Below are positions 1-9,761 of a stretch of DNA of 64,000 nucleotides, piece by piece. The DNA comes from Candidatus Hydrothermarchaeota archaeon. Its GTDB lineage: Archaea; CAYFZR01. Under the pieces are notes generated by a model. The model was not told the DNA's origin. It worked only from the letters and a program-made list of their open reading frames with translations, and made no database searches. Each line of letters begins with the position of its first letter. Position 1 is the first letter of the stretch. The DNA lies in contig JBHIEG010000001.1 of assembly GCA_046760505.1 (NCBI GenBank), positions 1 through 64,000 on the forward strand, in the 5' to 3' direction. A program made the position numbers and the translations under genes.

Positions 1-52
1 GTTCGATATTTTAAAAAGCTCTTTTAGGCTAGTAAAGCTTTTAGATGCAAAG

Positions 53-136
53 TGCAGGGGAGGGGATTTGAACCCCCGAAGGCACTAAGCCAATGGGTCC
101 TAAGCCCATCTCCTTTGGCCGCTCGGACACCCCTGC
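53..136 (-). tRNA. tRNA-Leu (anticodon TAG)
   Basis: Reverse complement GCAGGGGTGTCCGAGCGGCCAAAGGAGATGGGCTTAGGACCCATTGGCTTAGTGCCTTCGGGGGTTCAAATCCCCTCCCCTGCA. Acceptor stem GCAGGGG/CCCCTGC, anticodon arm ATGGG-CTTAGGA-CCCAT, long variable arm, GTTCAAATC T-loop; CCA not encoded. Confidence 0.96.
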
Positions 137-177
137 ACTACATCTAGGAATATCTAAGTTCTTAAAAAATGTTCTGA

Positions 178-1005
178 TTATAAATAATCTGTACTCAGAT
201 AACCCTCTTTTAGGGTCCCTAACGCATCTGATCTGCATCGCCTGCAAGAATAAAATTGGGACAAGTATTTCTCGCATTCTTCCCTTATACGCACTATTTC
301 ATACATGGTTGGCTCCAAAAGATCATTAGAGACCAAGGGGATTATGTTCATTATGTCAGCGTATCTCGAGATTTTTTTTGCAAGTTTAGATATGGAGTTT
401 GAGTTGATTTCTGGAATTAATACCGTATTTATTTTTATCAACAACCCTTTTTCATGTACCAATTTTAACCCTTTCAGTTGTTTTTTAATCAGTAACTTAG
501 AACCTTCTCTTCCTTTGTAGATCTTGTTTTTATAGTTCACCCTTTTATAGATCCTAGATCCTTCTCTAGCGTTCAACGTGTTCATCGTGATTGTTATTAC
601 ATCAACGTACTCCTCTATGAACTCTAAATAGTCCTCTATTAACAATCCGTTGGTACAAATACACCTTATTAGGGAGGGAAAACTTTTTTTTATTTGAGAA
701 AGAGTTTCGAATGTCTCAAGATTTGCTAAAGGATCTCCTGGTCCAGATATCCCCGCCACTTTAACGTATTCGTGTCTCTTCACCGCCCTCTCTACTATAC
801 TCAAAGCCTCTTCCGGTGTTATAACCTTGGATGCTGTCCCTGGATAATTGCTGTTTGTTTTTCCTGAGAAACAATAGATACATTTAATATTACATTTTTT
901 AGCCACGGGTAGATGGATTCTCCCTTTACAACGAGCCTTGCTTCCCAAACAAGGGTGATTTCCCAGAATATACCTTTTTTTCTCTAAATTCAACAACCGC
1001 ACCAC
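178..1005 (-). CDS. Stand-alone NifB-like radical SAM protein
   Basis: HPC, RIHLPVAKKCNIKCIYC (CxxxCxxC), SGPGDPLAN, CICTNG, TITMN, KINTVLIP and C-terminal CRRCRSDALG; ExRP motif absent. Confidence 0.85.
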   Translation of the reverse strand: MVRLLNLEKKRYILGNHPCLGSKARCKGRIHLPVAKKCNIKCIYCFSGKTNSNYPGTASKVITPEEALSIVERAVKRHEYVKVAGISGPGDPLANLETFETLSQIKKSFPSLIRCICTNGLLIEDYLEFIEEYVDVITITMNTLNAREGSRIYKRVNYKNKIYKGREGSKLLIKKQLKGLKLVHEKGLLIKINTVLIPEINSNSISKLAKKISRYADIMNIIPLVSNDLLEPTMYEIVRIREECEKYLSQFYSCRRCRSDALGTLKEGYLSTDYL

Positions 1006-1018
1006 ATTTTTGAGATAA

Positions 1019-2212
1019 CTACTCTATATGCTCTCTCATAAGATCTGTGTCTTCTCCCAAGAATTCTAGAAATTCTCTTGCAGATTTCTTTATGTCTTTA
1101 GACTGGGTAATGTATCTTCCAACTATGATTATGTCTGCACCACTCTCTAAGGCCTCTTTCGTGGTTTCAGGCCTCATTCCCCCGGCAACCGCAACTAAGA
1201 TTTTCTTATTTACCTTCTTTGCCTCCTTTTTAATCTCATTTATTAGTTCTAACTGGCCTTCTTCCTCACCTAAGGTTATTTCCCTGTCTATGGAGCGATG
1301 TAAGATTGCCACATCAGGCATTTCCTCCAGAGAATTGAGGAGTTTCACTGGATCTTTGACGTTCATCATGTCCACAATAGCATATATTCCAAGCCTGTGG
1401 GCCTCATAGATTACATTATCTATGGTTTCTTTAGATGCAAGACCGGATGCAACTACGGCGTCTGCTGTTTCCTCAAAAGCGAGATCAACTTCTACCTTTC
1501 CAACATCTAATGTCTTAAGATCTGCGATGATAAAGGCATCTTTCCAGATCTCTCTTATGTTCCTTATCACTCCAACTCCGTATCTCTTTATTAAGGGAGT
1601 GCCGGCTTCTAGCAAAATCATGTCTCGCTTTGGCAATTCTTCTACTATTCTCTTCGTTTCTGCAAGATTAGGTATATCTAAGGCTATTTGAAGGTACGGA
1701 GGTCTCCAAAGCCTTGGTCTTTTTATACCATACACCGGATGAACCGCCCTATCTTTTTCATACATTATTTTATCTAAGGGTGGGTAGTTAGTCATTGCTC
1801 TTTTTATCGCCAACTTTGTGGCTCCATAGTTGTAGTGGTATATCTTCTCGAGGTCTTTTGCGCTAGGATGCAAGAATACACTGCATATAATCACGAGATC
1901 TTCAACTTGATCCTCAGGAATAATGCCCTCTTCAACAGAATCTGCCACTGCCTTGGCTACCGCGACCTGAGCAGGTCCAAATATTTTGCTTGCCTGATCC
2001 AGATCCTTTATAGTAACCTTTGGCACGATAAGGGTAGCGGGCTTAGGTATAAGGTTAGGTCTTATTACCGCTAGTAATGGAGTGTGACCGGCTGATAAAT
2101 TTGCAAGACTATTTGTAAAGGCAATACCCACGGGGCCCTCTTTATCCCCTATGATCAAATCTATATGGGCTATCTCAGGTTCTTTACCAACAAGCGCCTC
2201 TCCGATTAGCAT
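1019..2212 (-). CDS. fae-hps: Bifunctional formaldehyde-activating enzyme / 3-hexulose-6-phosphate synthase
   Basis: N-terminal IGEALVG..EIAHIDLIIG..GPVG..GHTPLLAVIRPNL (Fae); C-terminal YLQIALD, LEAGTPLIK, ADLKTLDVG, VAGG, IIVGR (HPS barrel). Start may be 2212-2224. Confidence 0.93.
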   Translation of the reverse strand: MLIGEALVGKEPEIAHIDLIIGDKEGPVGIAFTNSLANLSAGHTPLLAVIRPNLIPKPATLIVPKVTIKDLDQASKIFGPAQVAVAKAVADSVEEGIIPEDQVEDLVIICSVFLHPSAKDLEKIYHYNYGATKLAIKRAMTNYPPLDKIMYEKDRAVHPVYGIKRPRLWRPPYLQIALDIPNLAETKRIVEELPKRDMILLEAGTPLIKRYGVGVIRNIREIWKDAFIIADLKTLDVGKVEVDLAFEETADAVVASGLASKETIDNVIYEAHRLGIYAIVDMMNVKDPVKLLNSLEEMPDVAILHRSIDREITLGEEEGQLELINEIKKEAKKVNKKILVAVAGGMRPETTKEALESGADIIIVGRYITQSKDIKKSAREFLEFLGEDTDLMREHIE

Positions 2213-2459
2213 CAACAGTATCACCCTATCGTTTAACCTAGTTTTTTAGGGTCAATCAAATTCTTAACTTCTTTATATATTACGCTTTGGCAGACAACAT
2301 TCTCGAGATCATATCCTTGTTTCATCGCAATAGTTTTAGTTTAAGAGATATGTTAGATCTAGGCTATCGAGGATAAATACAATATAGTGGCATGGATGTC
2401 GGAAGTTTTCCACATCGATAACCAAAAGAATTAAAAAGATAGGAGATTAAACCTGATTT

Positions 2460-3539
2460 ATGGTTAGGGTAGTCGGGATAGATCCAGGAACAAAAACCTT
2501 TGATTTTTTCGGATTAGAAGGCGATAGAATCATTCTCGACGAATCTATTTCCACTGATGATATATCTAAAAAACCCGAACTTGTTTCCAGTATAATAAAA
2601 TCCGTGAATCCTGATCTTGTCGTTGGCCCTTCTGGATACGGAATTCCAGTAACTAAGATAGAGGATATAGATGAAAGGGATCTTTTTCTGATGACCCTAA
2701 TTAAGAAGGAAGAAAAGAGAAGCATATTCGGAATGAGAAAATCCATAGAACAATTGAAAAAAGATGGATTGCCTGTTTATTTTATCCCGGGCGTTATACA
2801 TCTACCGACGGTTCCCGCATATCGAAAGATTAATAAAATCGATATGGGTACCGCGGATAAGCTCTGCGTTACTGCTTTAGCTATATGGGAACAGGCAAGG
2901 AAAAAACAAATCGCTTATGAAGAGACTTCATTCATTTTATTGGAGATGGGGTCCGGGTTTAAAGCAACCATAGGGGTTCAAGACGGGGAAATAGTAGACG
3001 GAATAGGTGGAACAGTAGGAGGTATTGGATTCCTTTCATTAGGAGGAATGGACAGCGAGTTGGCTTATCTTATCTCAGGTTTCAACAAAGAAACTCTTTT
3101 TCATGGAGGAATTAAGTACATGTTGAGCGAAGATATAACTCCCGAGCAGTTGAGCAGGTTGGTGGATAGAGATAGAAAATATGAAGATGCATGGAAGGCA
3201 CTTATGGAGAGCGCTATTAAGGATGCATTAAAGCTTACTGCATCAGTAAAACCAAAAGAAATTCTTCTTTCAGGAAGATTATCTAAAATAAAAAGAATTA
3301 AAGAAGATTTAACCAAACAACTTAAAAGTATAGCTCCAGTCAGAAATTTGGATGGATTTCCAAATGTGAAAAAAGTGAAGGAAGGAGCCCAAGGAGCAGC
3401 ATTAATTGCAAATGGCCTAGCCGGAGGCAAATATAAAGATTTAATTGATACTATGAAAATAAAAGAGGCTAAAGGAACGGTTTTGGATTATATAAAATTG
3501 GAAGCAATTGACGAATTAAAAAGAGAATATGGAATCTGA
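2460..3539 (+). CDS. DUF1464 family ASKHA/butyrate-kinase-like protein
   Basis: GIDPGTKTFD, GPSGYGIP, NKIDMGTADK, IVDGIGGT, LGGMDSE motifs. Confidence 0.85.
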   Translation: MVRVVGIDPGTKTFDFFGLEGDRIILDESISTDDISKKPELVSSIIKSVNPDLVVGPSGYGIPVTKIEDIDERDLFLMTLIKKEEKRSIFGMRKSIEQLKKDGLPVYFIPGVIHLPTVPAYRKINKIDMGTADKLCVTALAIWEQARKKQIAYEETSFILLEMGSGFKATIGVQDGEIVDGIGGTVGGIGFLSLGGMDSELAYLISGFNKETLFHGGIKYMLSEDITPEQLSRLVDRDRKYEDAWKALMESAIKDALKLTASVKPKEILLSGRLSKIKRIKEDLTKQLKSIAPVRNLDGFPNVKKVKEGAQGAALIANGLAGGKYKDLIDTMKIKEAKGTVLDYIKLEAIDELKREYGI

Positions 3540-3544
3540 ACAAA

Positions 3545-3976
3545 ATGAAAAATTCAATTAAAATTTCAATCCAAGATGAAAGAATAAAAGACCTTTTCAT
3601 AAGAACTTTGAATCGAATTCCTCGTCAATCCTTAAAAGAGATAAAGGAATTATTGAAAGGAATTAGAATTGAAGAAGAAGAGAATATCAAAGCAACAGGA
3701 CTGACTCTCTATACTTACGGAGCAGGTATTGAAAGGTCCTGCGAAATAATTTTTTACAGGGGCTTTCTCTCCAGATTATCCGACAAAGCAGTAATGGGTG
3801 TGATTGCACACGAACTTGCTCATGTATCTTTCTTTTACCATCATGGTGATTCTTTAGAGAATGCTAAAATGAGCGATAAGGAAAAAGAAAAAATGGTAAA
3901 TGAAACCGCGAGAGATTTTTGGGGTTTTATCGAAGAGATAGATAAGATGAAAGAAGAGTTACATCTAATCCATTAG
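3545..3976 (+). CDS. Small zincin-like (HExxH) protein
   Basis: VMGVIAHELAH motif; 143 aa; directly downstream of the DUF1464 gene. Confidence 0.6.
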   Translation: MKNSIKISIQDERIKDLFIRTLNRIPRQSLKEIKELLKGIRIEEEENIKATGLTLYTYGAGIERSCEIIFYRGFLSRLSDKAVMGVIAHELAHVSFFYHHGDSLENAKMSDKEKEKMVNETARDFWGFIEEIDKMKEELHLIH

Positions 3977-4085
3977 AAATGCCAAGATTAATTTGTAAGA
4001 GAAAGATTACCAAAACTTACTTATAACTGATTGAGCAAGATTTTTTGTCACCCATAAACAATAAAATTAAAGGAGGTGGAAGAAA

Positions 4086-4556
4086 ATTAAAAAATACGCC
4101 ATTATTCTAGGATTTACAATTATTGCTGCTCTAATCACAGGAGGATGTCAGGTTAAGACTTCTACTTCCGTTGGATTATCTATCGAAGATGCTTACCTTG
4201 CAAAAAATGTGGGCGGAGAACTTGTACGTAACGAAGATGCTGTTTTCGAAAGAGGAGAAGAAGTTACTTTAGTACTGGTAAATGTGGGCCCGTTTAAGAA
4301 AGGAGATGATGGATTAAACTGGGTTGAAATGGACATGGAAGTTAGCGATCCAAATGGAAATATTATCTTCTCAGAGAAAGGAATGCTGGGTGAAAACGGT
4401 CATGTAAATCTACCAAACAATATAGCATCTGCTCCATATGGGACCTTCTACACAACCACTGATCTAGTACCTGGGAAATACAAATTTACGTTGAGTATCT
4501 ATGACAAAATAGGTGGTGGCAGGGCCACTCAAAGCGCAGTTTTCACGCTTGAATAG
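4086..4556 (+). CDS. Predicted lipoprotein (beta-rich); apparent ATT start
   Basis: Frame open upstream of GTG 4209 as IKKYAIILGFTIIAALITGGCQ (signal peptide and lipobox Cys); GGAGGTG at 4072-4078; in-frame TAA at 4068. Confidence 0.7.
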   Translation: MKKYAIILGFTIIAALITGGCQVKTSTSVGLSIEDAYLAKNVGGELVRNEDAVFERGEEVTLVLVNVGPFKKGDDGLNWVEMDMEVSDPNGNIIFSEKGMLGENGHVNLPNNIASAPYGTFYTTTDLVPGKYKFTLSIYDKIGGGRATQSAVFTLE

Positions 4557-4696
4557 GGAATAAACGCTGTAATAAATCAACTCTTTTTCTATCTTTTTTG
4601 AATTTTATTTCTTCTCAGTCGCGTTAACTACTTTTTTCCATAATCAAAAGTTCTAAATATACGTTCAAATAGACACCAAAAGGGGGGTAATAAATT

Positions 4697-5089
4697 ATGG
4701 GAGAAAGAGAGCTCTCTTTAGATGAAAGGTTGTCTGCTTTGCTGGACGAATCAAAAGCCACAATAGAAGAGGTAATGGATGAGGTCGTTCTTACCCAAAA
4801 ACTACAAGAATTATCGACGAGTATTGAATCGCGAATGAGCAAATTCAGATTCCTGTATACATCTCAGATGTTGATGGTTTACTCTGCGGTTCAGTCTATC
4901 GTTCTCCTATTTTTGATGCTGCTAATCGTCCTTCCGGGTGTGAATGCATTTGTCATACTGTTGTTAACAGGTATGTTGATAATATTCCAGATGGGATTTA
5001 CCGTGGTTACCTACAATAACAAACTCCGCAGTATTGAGAGGGAGGAAAAAGAGCTGAAAAAATCCTATGAGGATTTATTGAAAAAATAA
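4697..5089 (+). CDS. Hypothetical membrane protein (two TM segments flanked by coiled coils)
   Basis: 130 aa ORF with a central hydrophobic hairpin; G-rich RBS upstream. Confidence 0.7.
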   Translation: MGERELSLDERLSALLDESKATIEEVMDEVVLTQKLQELSTSIESRMSKFRFLYTSQMLMVYSAVQSIVLLFLMLLIVLPGVNAFVILLLTGMLIIFQMGFTVVTYNNKLRSIEREEKELKKSYEDLLKK

Positions 5090-5277
5090 TTGACCCTCCT
5101 TATTTATTTCTTGCTTTTTAAAAGCCAAGTCCTAACAATTGTGTTTATAAAAATTGCTGATATGAGTAATTTTGACATAATTACAGAAAAAATTGCAGCA
5201 ATTGGAAGTAAATTTAAGTCATAAAGGGTAGAAAAGATTTTAAAATCATTCGATGATAGTAGATTGAGGTATCATCC

Positions 5278-6873
5278 ATGAAGAAGAAAACTTATGCTAC
5301 TTTCCTATTGATTGCTATACTTCTCAGTGGATGCTTGGCTCAGCCCAAAGAAGCAGAGGCGCCAACTAAGTACGGAGGAACCCTTGTATGGGGTTCTATA
5401 GGAGATGCAAAGATATTAAATGAAATCCTTGCCAGTGATAGTGCTTCAGTGGATATCTGCGGGTTAGTATACGACAGACTTATAGGTATTGATCCAAAGA
5501 CTCTAGAACCTTACCCAAGAATGGCAGAGAGTTGGAACATATCTGAGGATGGTCTAACCTACACATTCCACCTTAAAAAAGGAATAAAATTCCATGATGG
5601 TCATGAATTTACAGCCGAAGACGTCAAATTTACATACGATACCTTTAAAGACCCTAATACAAATGCTCCGAATCAGGCTGATGTCGCCAACTTAGAATCG
5701 GTTGAAATTATAGACAATTATACAGTTGCATTTCATCTCAAAAAACCTGATTGCGCATTTCTTATTGCTACAGGTTATGGAATTTTGCCAGCTCATTTGC
5801 TTAAAGGAGTAGATATCAATACTGCGGAATTCAATACCAGACCTATAGGGACAGGGCCCTTCAAGTTCAAAGAATGGATTCCAGATGATCATATAACGGT
5901 GGTAGCATTTGATGACTACTATGATGGGAGACCTTATTTAGACCAAATCATATACAAGGTCGTGCCAGACGCAATAGTTCTCCAAGAACAACTCTACACT
6001 GGAGAGGTCGATGTTACCACGATAGAGCCTGATCAGGTCCCGAGATTTTTGGAGAATCCCAACATAGATGTATACGTTTACGATACATTAGCCTATGGAT
6101 ACATAGGATTTAATCTAAAAAATGAATTTTTCAAGGATATTAGGGTAAGAGAGGCTATTGCACATGCTATTGATAAGAAAACTATCGTACAAGAGGTCTT
6201 TTTTGGTTACGGAGAAGAATGTAACGTTCCAATGGCAAAAATCTCTTGGGCTTTTAATCCAAATGTTAAGGCGCCAGAATATAATGTCGAACTGGCAAAA
6301 AAACTCTTAAAAGAAGCAGGCTTTGAAGATATAGATGGCGACGGAATATTAGAAAAGGATGGAAAGAAATTTAAATTCACTTTAATAACAAACAAGGGAA
6401 ACAAGCAGAGAGAAAAAATAGCCGTAATAGTACAGGATCAATTGAAAGACCTTGGAATTAAAGTGGAAGTCCAGTATCTAGAGTGGCCAACCTTTATCGA
6501 TAAAATTACAGGCAAAGACTTCGATGCATGTGTTTTAGGTTGGGGCCTAGGGATAGATCCAGATGCTTCGAGCATTTGGCATTCAGAAAAGGCTGGAACA
6601 TTTAACTTCATTTCTTATCACAACGAAAAAGTGAATAAAATTCTCGATGAAGCCATTTCCGTACCTGGATGTGATAAAGAAGAGAGAAAAGAATTATACT
6701 GGAGATTTCAGGAAGAAATAGCAAAAGATTATCCTTACATATTTCTCTATTACAGAAAAGCAGTAGTTGGAGTTAACAAGAAGTTCGACTCTGATACAGG
6801 GATATTCGGCACACCGATAGGAATTCTCTGGAACGTAGAAAAGTGGTACATAAAGCCGGAGTACCGGGACTGA
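5278..6873 (+). CDS. oppA: Peptide/nickel ABC transporter substrate-binding lipoprotein (SBP family 5)
   Basis: Lipobox LSGC; MAESW..SEDGLTYTFHLKKGIKFHDG..FTAEDVKFT; PIGTGPFKF. Confidence 0.93.
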   Translation: MKKKTYATFLLIAILLSGCLAQPKEAEAPTKYGGTLVWGSIGDAKILNEILASDSASVDICGLVYDRLIGIDPKTLEPYPRMAESWNISEDGLTYTFHLKKGIKFHDGHEFTAEDVKFTYDTFKDPNTNAPNQADVANLESVEIIDNYTVAFHLKKPDCAFLIATGYGILPAHLLKGVDINTAEFNTRPIGTGPFKFKEWIPDDHITVVAFDDYYDGRPYLDQIIYKVVPDAIVLQEQLYTGEVDVTTIEPDQVPRFLENPNIDVYVYDTLAYGYIGFNLKNEFFKDIRVREAIAHAIDKKTIVQEVFFGYGEECNVPMAKISWAFNPNVKAPEYNVELAKKLLKEAGFEDIDGDGILEKDGKKFKFTLITNKGNKQREKIAVIVQDQLKDLGIKVEVQYLEWPTFIDKITGKDFDACVLGWGLGIDPDASSIWHSEKAGTFNFISYHNEKVNKILDEAISVPGCDKEERKELYWRFQEEIAKDYPYIFLYYRKAVVGVNKKFDSDTGIFGTPIGILWNVEKWYIKPEYRD

Positions 6874-6930
6874 TAAAGATTTCCTCTGGATTAAATCCAA
6901 GTGTTTATATACATATTCATCCATAGTGGT

Positions 6931-7176
6931 ATGGGAGTAAGAATGGTATACAAATCCAAAATTACTGAGAAATTTCAGATCACCATACCAAAAGAGCTTA
7001 GAGAAGTTTACCATCTAAAGTCTGGCATGACGCTATCTCTTATACCCAAAGAAGATGGAATAGAGATAAAAGTCCCAAAGAAGATCGAAAACATAGCTGA
7101 GAAATTGTATGGGATCGCTAAATTTGAAAAAGACGCAGTAGAGGCAATCCACGAAGTGAGAGCCCGGTTAGAATGA
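6931..7176 (+). CDS. AbrB/MazE-type antitoxin (VapB)
   Basis: SKITEKFQITIPKELRE..LKSG swapped-hairpin motif; overlaps the PIN gene; TATA-like TTTATATA at 6904-6911. Confidence 0.85.
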   Translation: MGVRMVYKSKITEKFQITIPKELREVYHLKSGMTLSLIPKEDGIEIKVPKKIENIAEKLYGIAKFEKDAVEAIHEVRARLE

Positions 7177-7580
7177 GGGCATTCATTGATTCCAATATAT
7201 TTGTATATGCTGCACAGGCACATCCAGAATTCGGCCAAAAATGCAGGAAAATCATAGAGGACGTTGAAAAGGATAAGTTGCTAGGCGTTACAACATCACT
7301 AAATATTTCAGAAGTCGTAGAAGCTATAGACAGAGTTGCCGGAAGGAATAAATCTTTCGCAACCTTAGAATTACTCTTAGCTCTACCAATCCATATTGAG
7401 CCAGTTTACAAGGAGCATCTCATCATGGCTAAGGAATACTTCAATCAATATAAAATCAATTATTTCGACTGTGTTTATTTAGCGGTTATGGAAGAGAAAT
7501 TCATCAAAACCATAATTACTAACGACGCCCACTTCCAAGAAGTTGATAAAATTAACGTTATCAAACCGTTAGAATATTAA
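7173..7580 (+). CDS. vapC: PIN-domain toxin (VapC)
   Basis: FIDSNIFVYA, SEV, YFDCVYLA, ITNDAHF acidic PIN residues. Confidence 0.9.
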   Translation: MRAFIDSNIFVYAAQAHPEFGQKCRKIIEDVEKDKLLGVTTSLNISEVVEAIDRVAGRNKSFATLELLLALPIHIEPVYKEHLIMAKEYFNQYKINYFDCVYLAVMEEKFIKTIITNDAHFQEVDKINVIKPLEY

Positions 7581-7634
7581 TATCTCTTACTCACAACTTT
7601 TTTATCTGTTGTATCCTTATTTTTTTGGGTGTAT

Positions 7635-8603
7635 ATGTCTCTGGCAAGTTATATCATAAGACGCATCTTGGTAATGATTCCCCTACTTCTTGGAATCTCG
7701 ATTATCTCGTTCTCAATTATTCATCTCGCCCCTGGTTCTCCAGCCAGCGTCTTGCTGGGCGAAAAAGCCTTTGATCCAGTTGCATTGAAAAGAGTAAATG
7801 AAAACCTTGGATTAGACAAGCCGCTTTATGTTCAATATCCGAAATGGCTATGGAGAATAATTCAAGGAGATTTGGGTATATCGATAGGAATAATTCCAGG
7901 AATGCCTGTTAGCGAACTGATAAAGTTGAGAATAATACCAACGCTGGAACTTACCATTAGCGCAATGATCTTAGCTATAGTAGTGGCGATTCCTGTTGGA
8001 GTTCTCTCAGCAACGAGACAGTATTCTCTTTTCGATCACCTAGCCACGGTAGGAGCATTTATGGGTATTTCTCTACCAAATTTCTGGCTTGCACTTATGC
8101 TGATTTTGATTTTTTCGGTAAAATTAGGCTGGCTTCCATCCTCAGGAATGATCGATCCCCGAATCACTAATCCAACAATATTCGATTACTTGAAGCATCT
8201 TATAATTCCCGCGTTTGTATTGGGTACGGCAGGAATGGCTGGACTTGCCAGATATACAAGAGGGAGCATGTTAGATGTATTAAGAGAGGGGTACATAACA
8301 ACTGCAAGAGCCAAAGGTCTGAGCGAAAGGACTGTTATCTATAAACATGCTCTGAAAAATGCTCTATTGCCCTTAATAACCATATTTGGCATGTCGCTTC
8401 CTGGTCTTTTCAGCGGAGCAGTACTGGTAGAGACGGTTTGCGGCTGGCCTGGAATGGGAAGACTAGCGGTAAATGCGGTTTTCAGCAGAGATTACCCGGT
8501 AATGATGGCTCTTGTCCTAGTATTCGGCGTTTTGGTAGTTATCGGAAATTTAATAGCCGATGTAGTTTATGCGTGGGTGGATCCAAGAATAAGATATGAC
8601 TAG
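7635..8603 (+). CDS. oppB: Peptide ABC transporter permease
   Basis: LAPGSP, LGLDKPLYVQY, YITTARAKGL..VIYKHALKN, VDPRI. Confidence 0.93.
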   Translation: MSLASYIIRRILVMIPLLLGISIISFSIIHLAPGSPASVLLGEKAFDPVALKRVNENLGLDKPLYVQYPKWLWRIIQGDLGISIGIIPGMPVSELIKLRIIPTLELTISAMILAIVVAIPVGVLSATRQYSLFDHLATVGAFMGISLPNFWLALMLILIFSVKLGWLPSSGMIDPRITNPTIFDYLKHLIIPAFVLGTAGMAGLARYTRGSMLDVLREGYITTARAKGLSERTVIYKHALKNALLPLITIFGMSLPGLFSGAVLVETVCGWPGMGRLAVNAVFSRDYPVMMALVLVFGVLVVIGNLIADVVYAWVDPRIRYD

Positions 8604-8611
8604 GTGAAATC

Positions 8612-9757
8612 ATGGCGAGCAATGTAACTTTGAAGAAAGCGACCAAGGATATCGTATGGAGAAGATTTAAAAGAAATAAACTGGCTCTATTCGGCATTAC
8701 CGTGCTGTCTGTTTTTTACCTCCTAGCAGCATTTACCTTCGTGAATACTTGGATGGACTACAGATGGCTTCCGGATCCTACGGATGCAAGAGTAGGAGAA
8801 AAACTCTACAAGGTCCAGACAGTACACTCCTCTGAAAAGGCTGCTTCTTTAGATTCCTTAGAAAAATTTCCCCAATTAAAAAAGGCATTTTTAAACCTTG
8901 GGAAGAGCATGCTGATCGAAGATAAGAGTGAAATCGTAGAACTAGAAAATTTCCTGATAAAAAAAGGAATAAAAGATATTTACCCACTAAATCCGTATAA
9001 GAAGGCTTATTATGTTGAATATAAAGGAAAAGTATACAGAATCTCCATAATAAACATGGAAAACCAGCCTCCAAGTTTAGAGCATCCTTTGGGAACCGAT
9101 GATTATGGAAGAGATGTACTAAGCAGGGTACTTTACGCTTCCAGAATATCTTTGAGTGTTGGATTTGTGGCTATTTCAATAGCAATGTCCATTGGAGTGA
9201 TCTTAGGAGCTATATCAGGTTACTATGGCGGATTTATAGACCAGTTAATCATGAGAATAGTTGATATATGGCTTTCCATTCCAGGATTGATCCTTTTGAT
9301 TGCGATGGTTGCGGTTTTCGGTCCTGGTCTTTACAAGGCCATGATACTGATTGGAATTCTTAGCTGGGCTGGTATTGCGAGGATAGTAAGGGGACAGTTT
9401 TTGTCCTTAAGGGAACAGTTATTTACCGAGGCAGCCAAGGCAACTGGTTCAAGAGATAGAAAAATAATATTCAAACATCTCTTACCCAATGCAATGGCTC
9501 CAATAATCGTTTACGCTACCCTGTTCTTAGCAGATGCTATCTTGCTAGAGGCTGGACTGAGTTTCCTAGGATTGGGAGCACAACCTCCAACACCTTCTTG
9601 GGGGAACATGCTCACGGACGGACAAAAATATTTGACTACTGCACCATGGATTGCCGTGTTTCCAGGTATGGCAATCTTTCTCACCGTACTATCTTTTAAT
9701 TTTGTAGGAGATGGTCTCAGAGATGCGTTAGATCCAAGATTGAAGGGAATAAGGTGA
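8612..9757 (+). CDS. oppC: Peptide ABC transporter permease with an enlarged extracytoplasmic loop
   Basis: HPLGTDDYGRDVLSR, FTEAAKATG, KHLLPN, LSFLGLG..PPTPSWG, GDGLRDALDP. Confidence 0.92.
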   Translation: MASNVTLKKATKDIVWRRFKRNKLALFGITVLSVFYLLAAFTFVNTWMDYRWLPDPTDARVGEKLYKVQTVHSSEKAASLDSLEKFPQLKKAFLNLGKSMLIEDKSEIVELENFLIKKGIKDIYPLNPYKKAYYVEYKGKVYRISIINMENQPPSLEHPLGTDDYGRDVLSRVLYASRISLSVGFVAISIAMSIGVILGAISGYYGGFIDQLIMRIVDIWLSIPGLILLIAMVAVFGPGLYKAMILIGILSWAGIARIVRGQFLSLREQLFTEAAKATGSRDRKIIFKHLLPNAMAPIIVYATLFLADAILLEAGLSFLGLGAQPPTPSWGNMLTDGQKYLTTAPWIAVFPGMAIFLTVLSFNFVGDGLRDALDPRLKGIR

Positions 9758-9761
9758 TATT

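Noticed and set aside
53-136. tRNA as an integration site (att)
   Set aside because: No integrase and no duplicate of the tRNA 3' end seen in the window
41-329. ORFs 41..277 (-) and 93..329 (+)
   Set aside because: They overlap tRNA-Leu and the NifB-like gene; shadow ORFs
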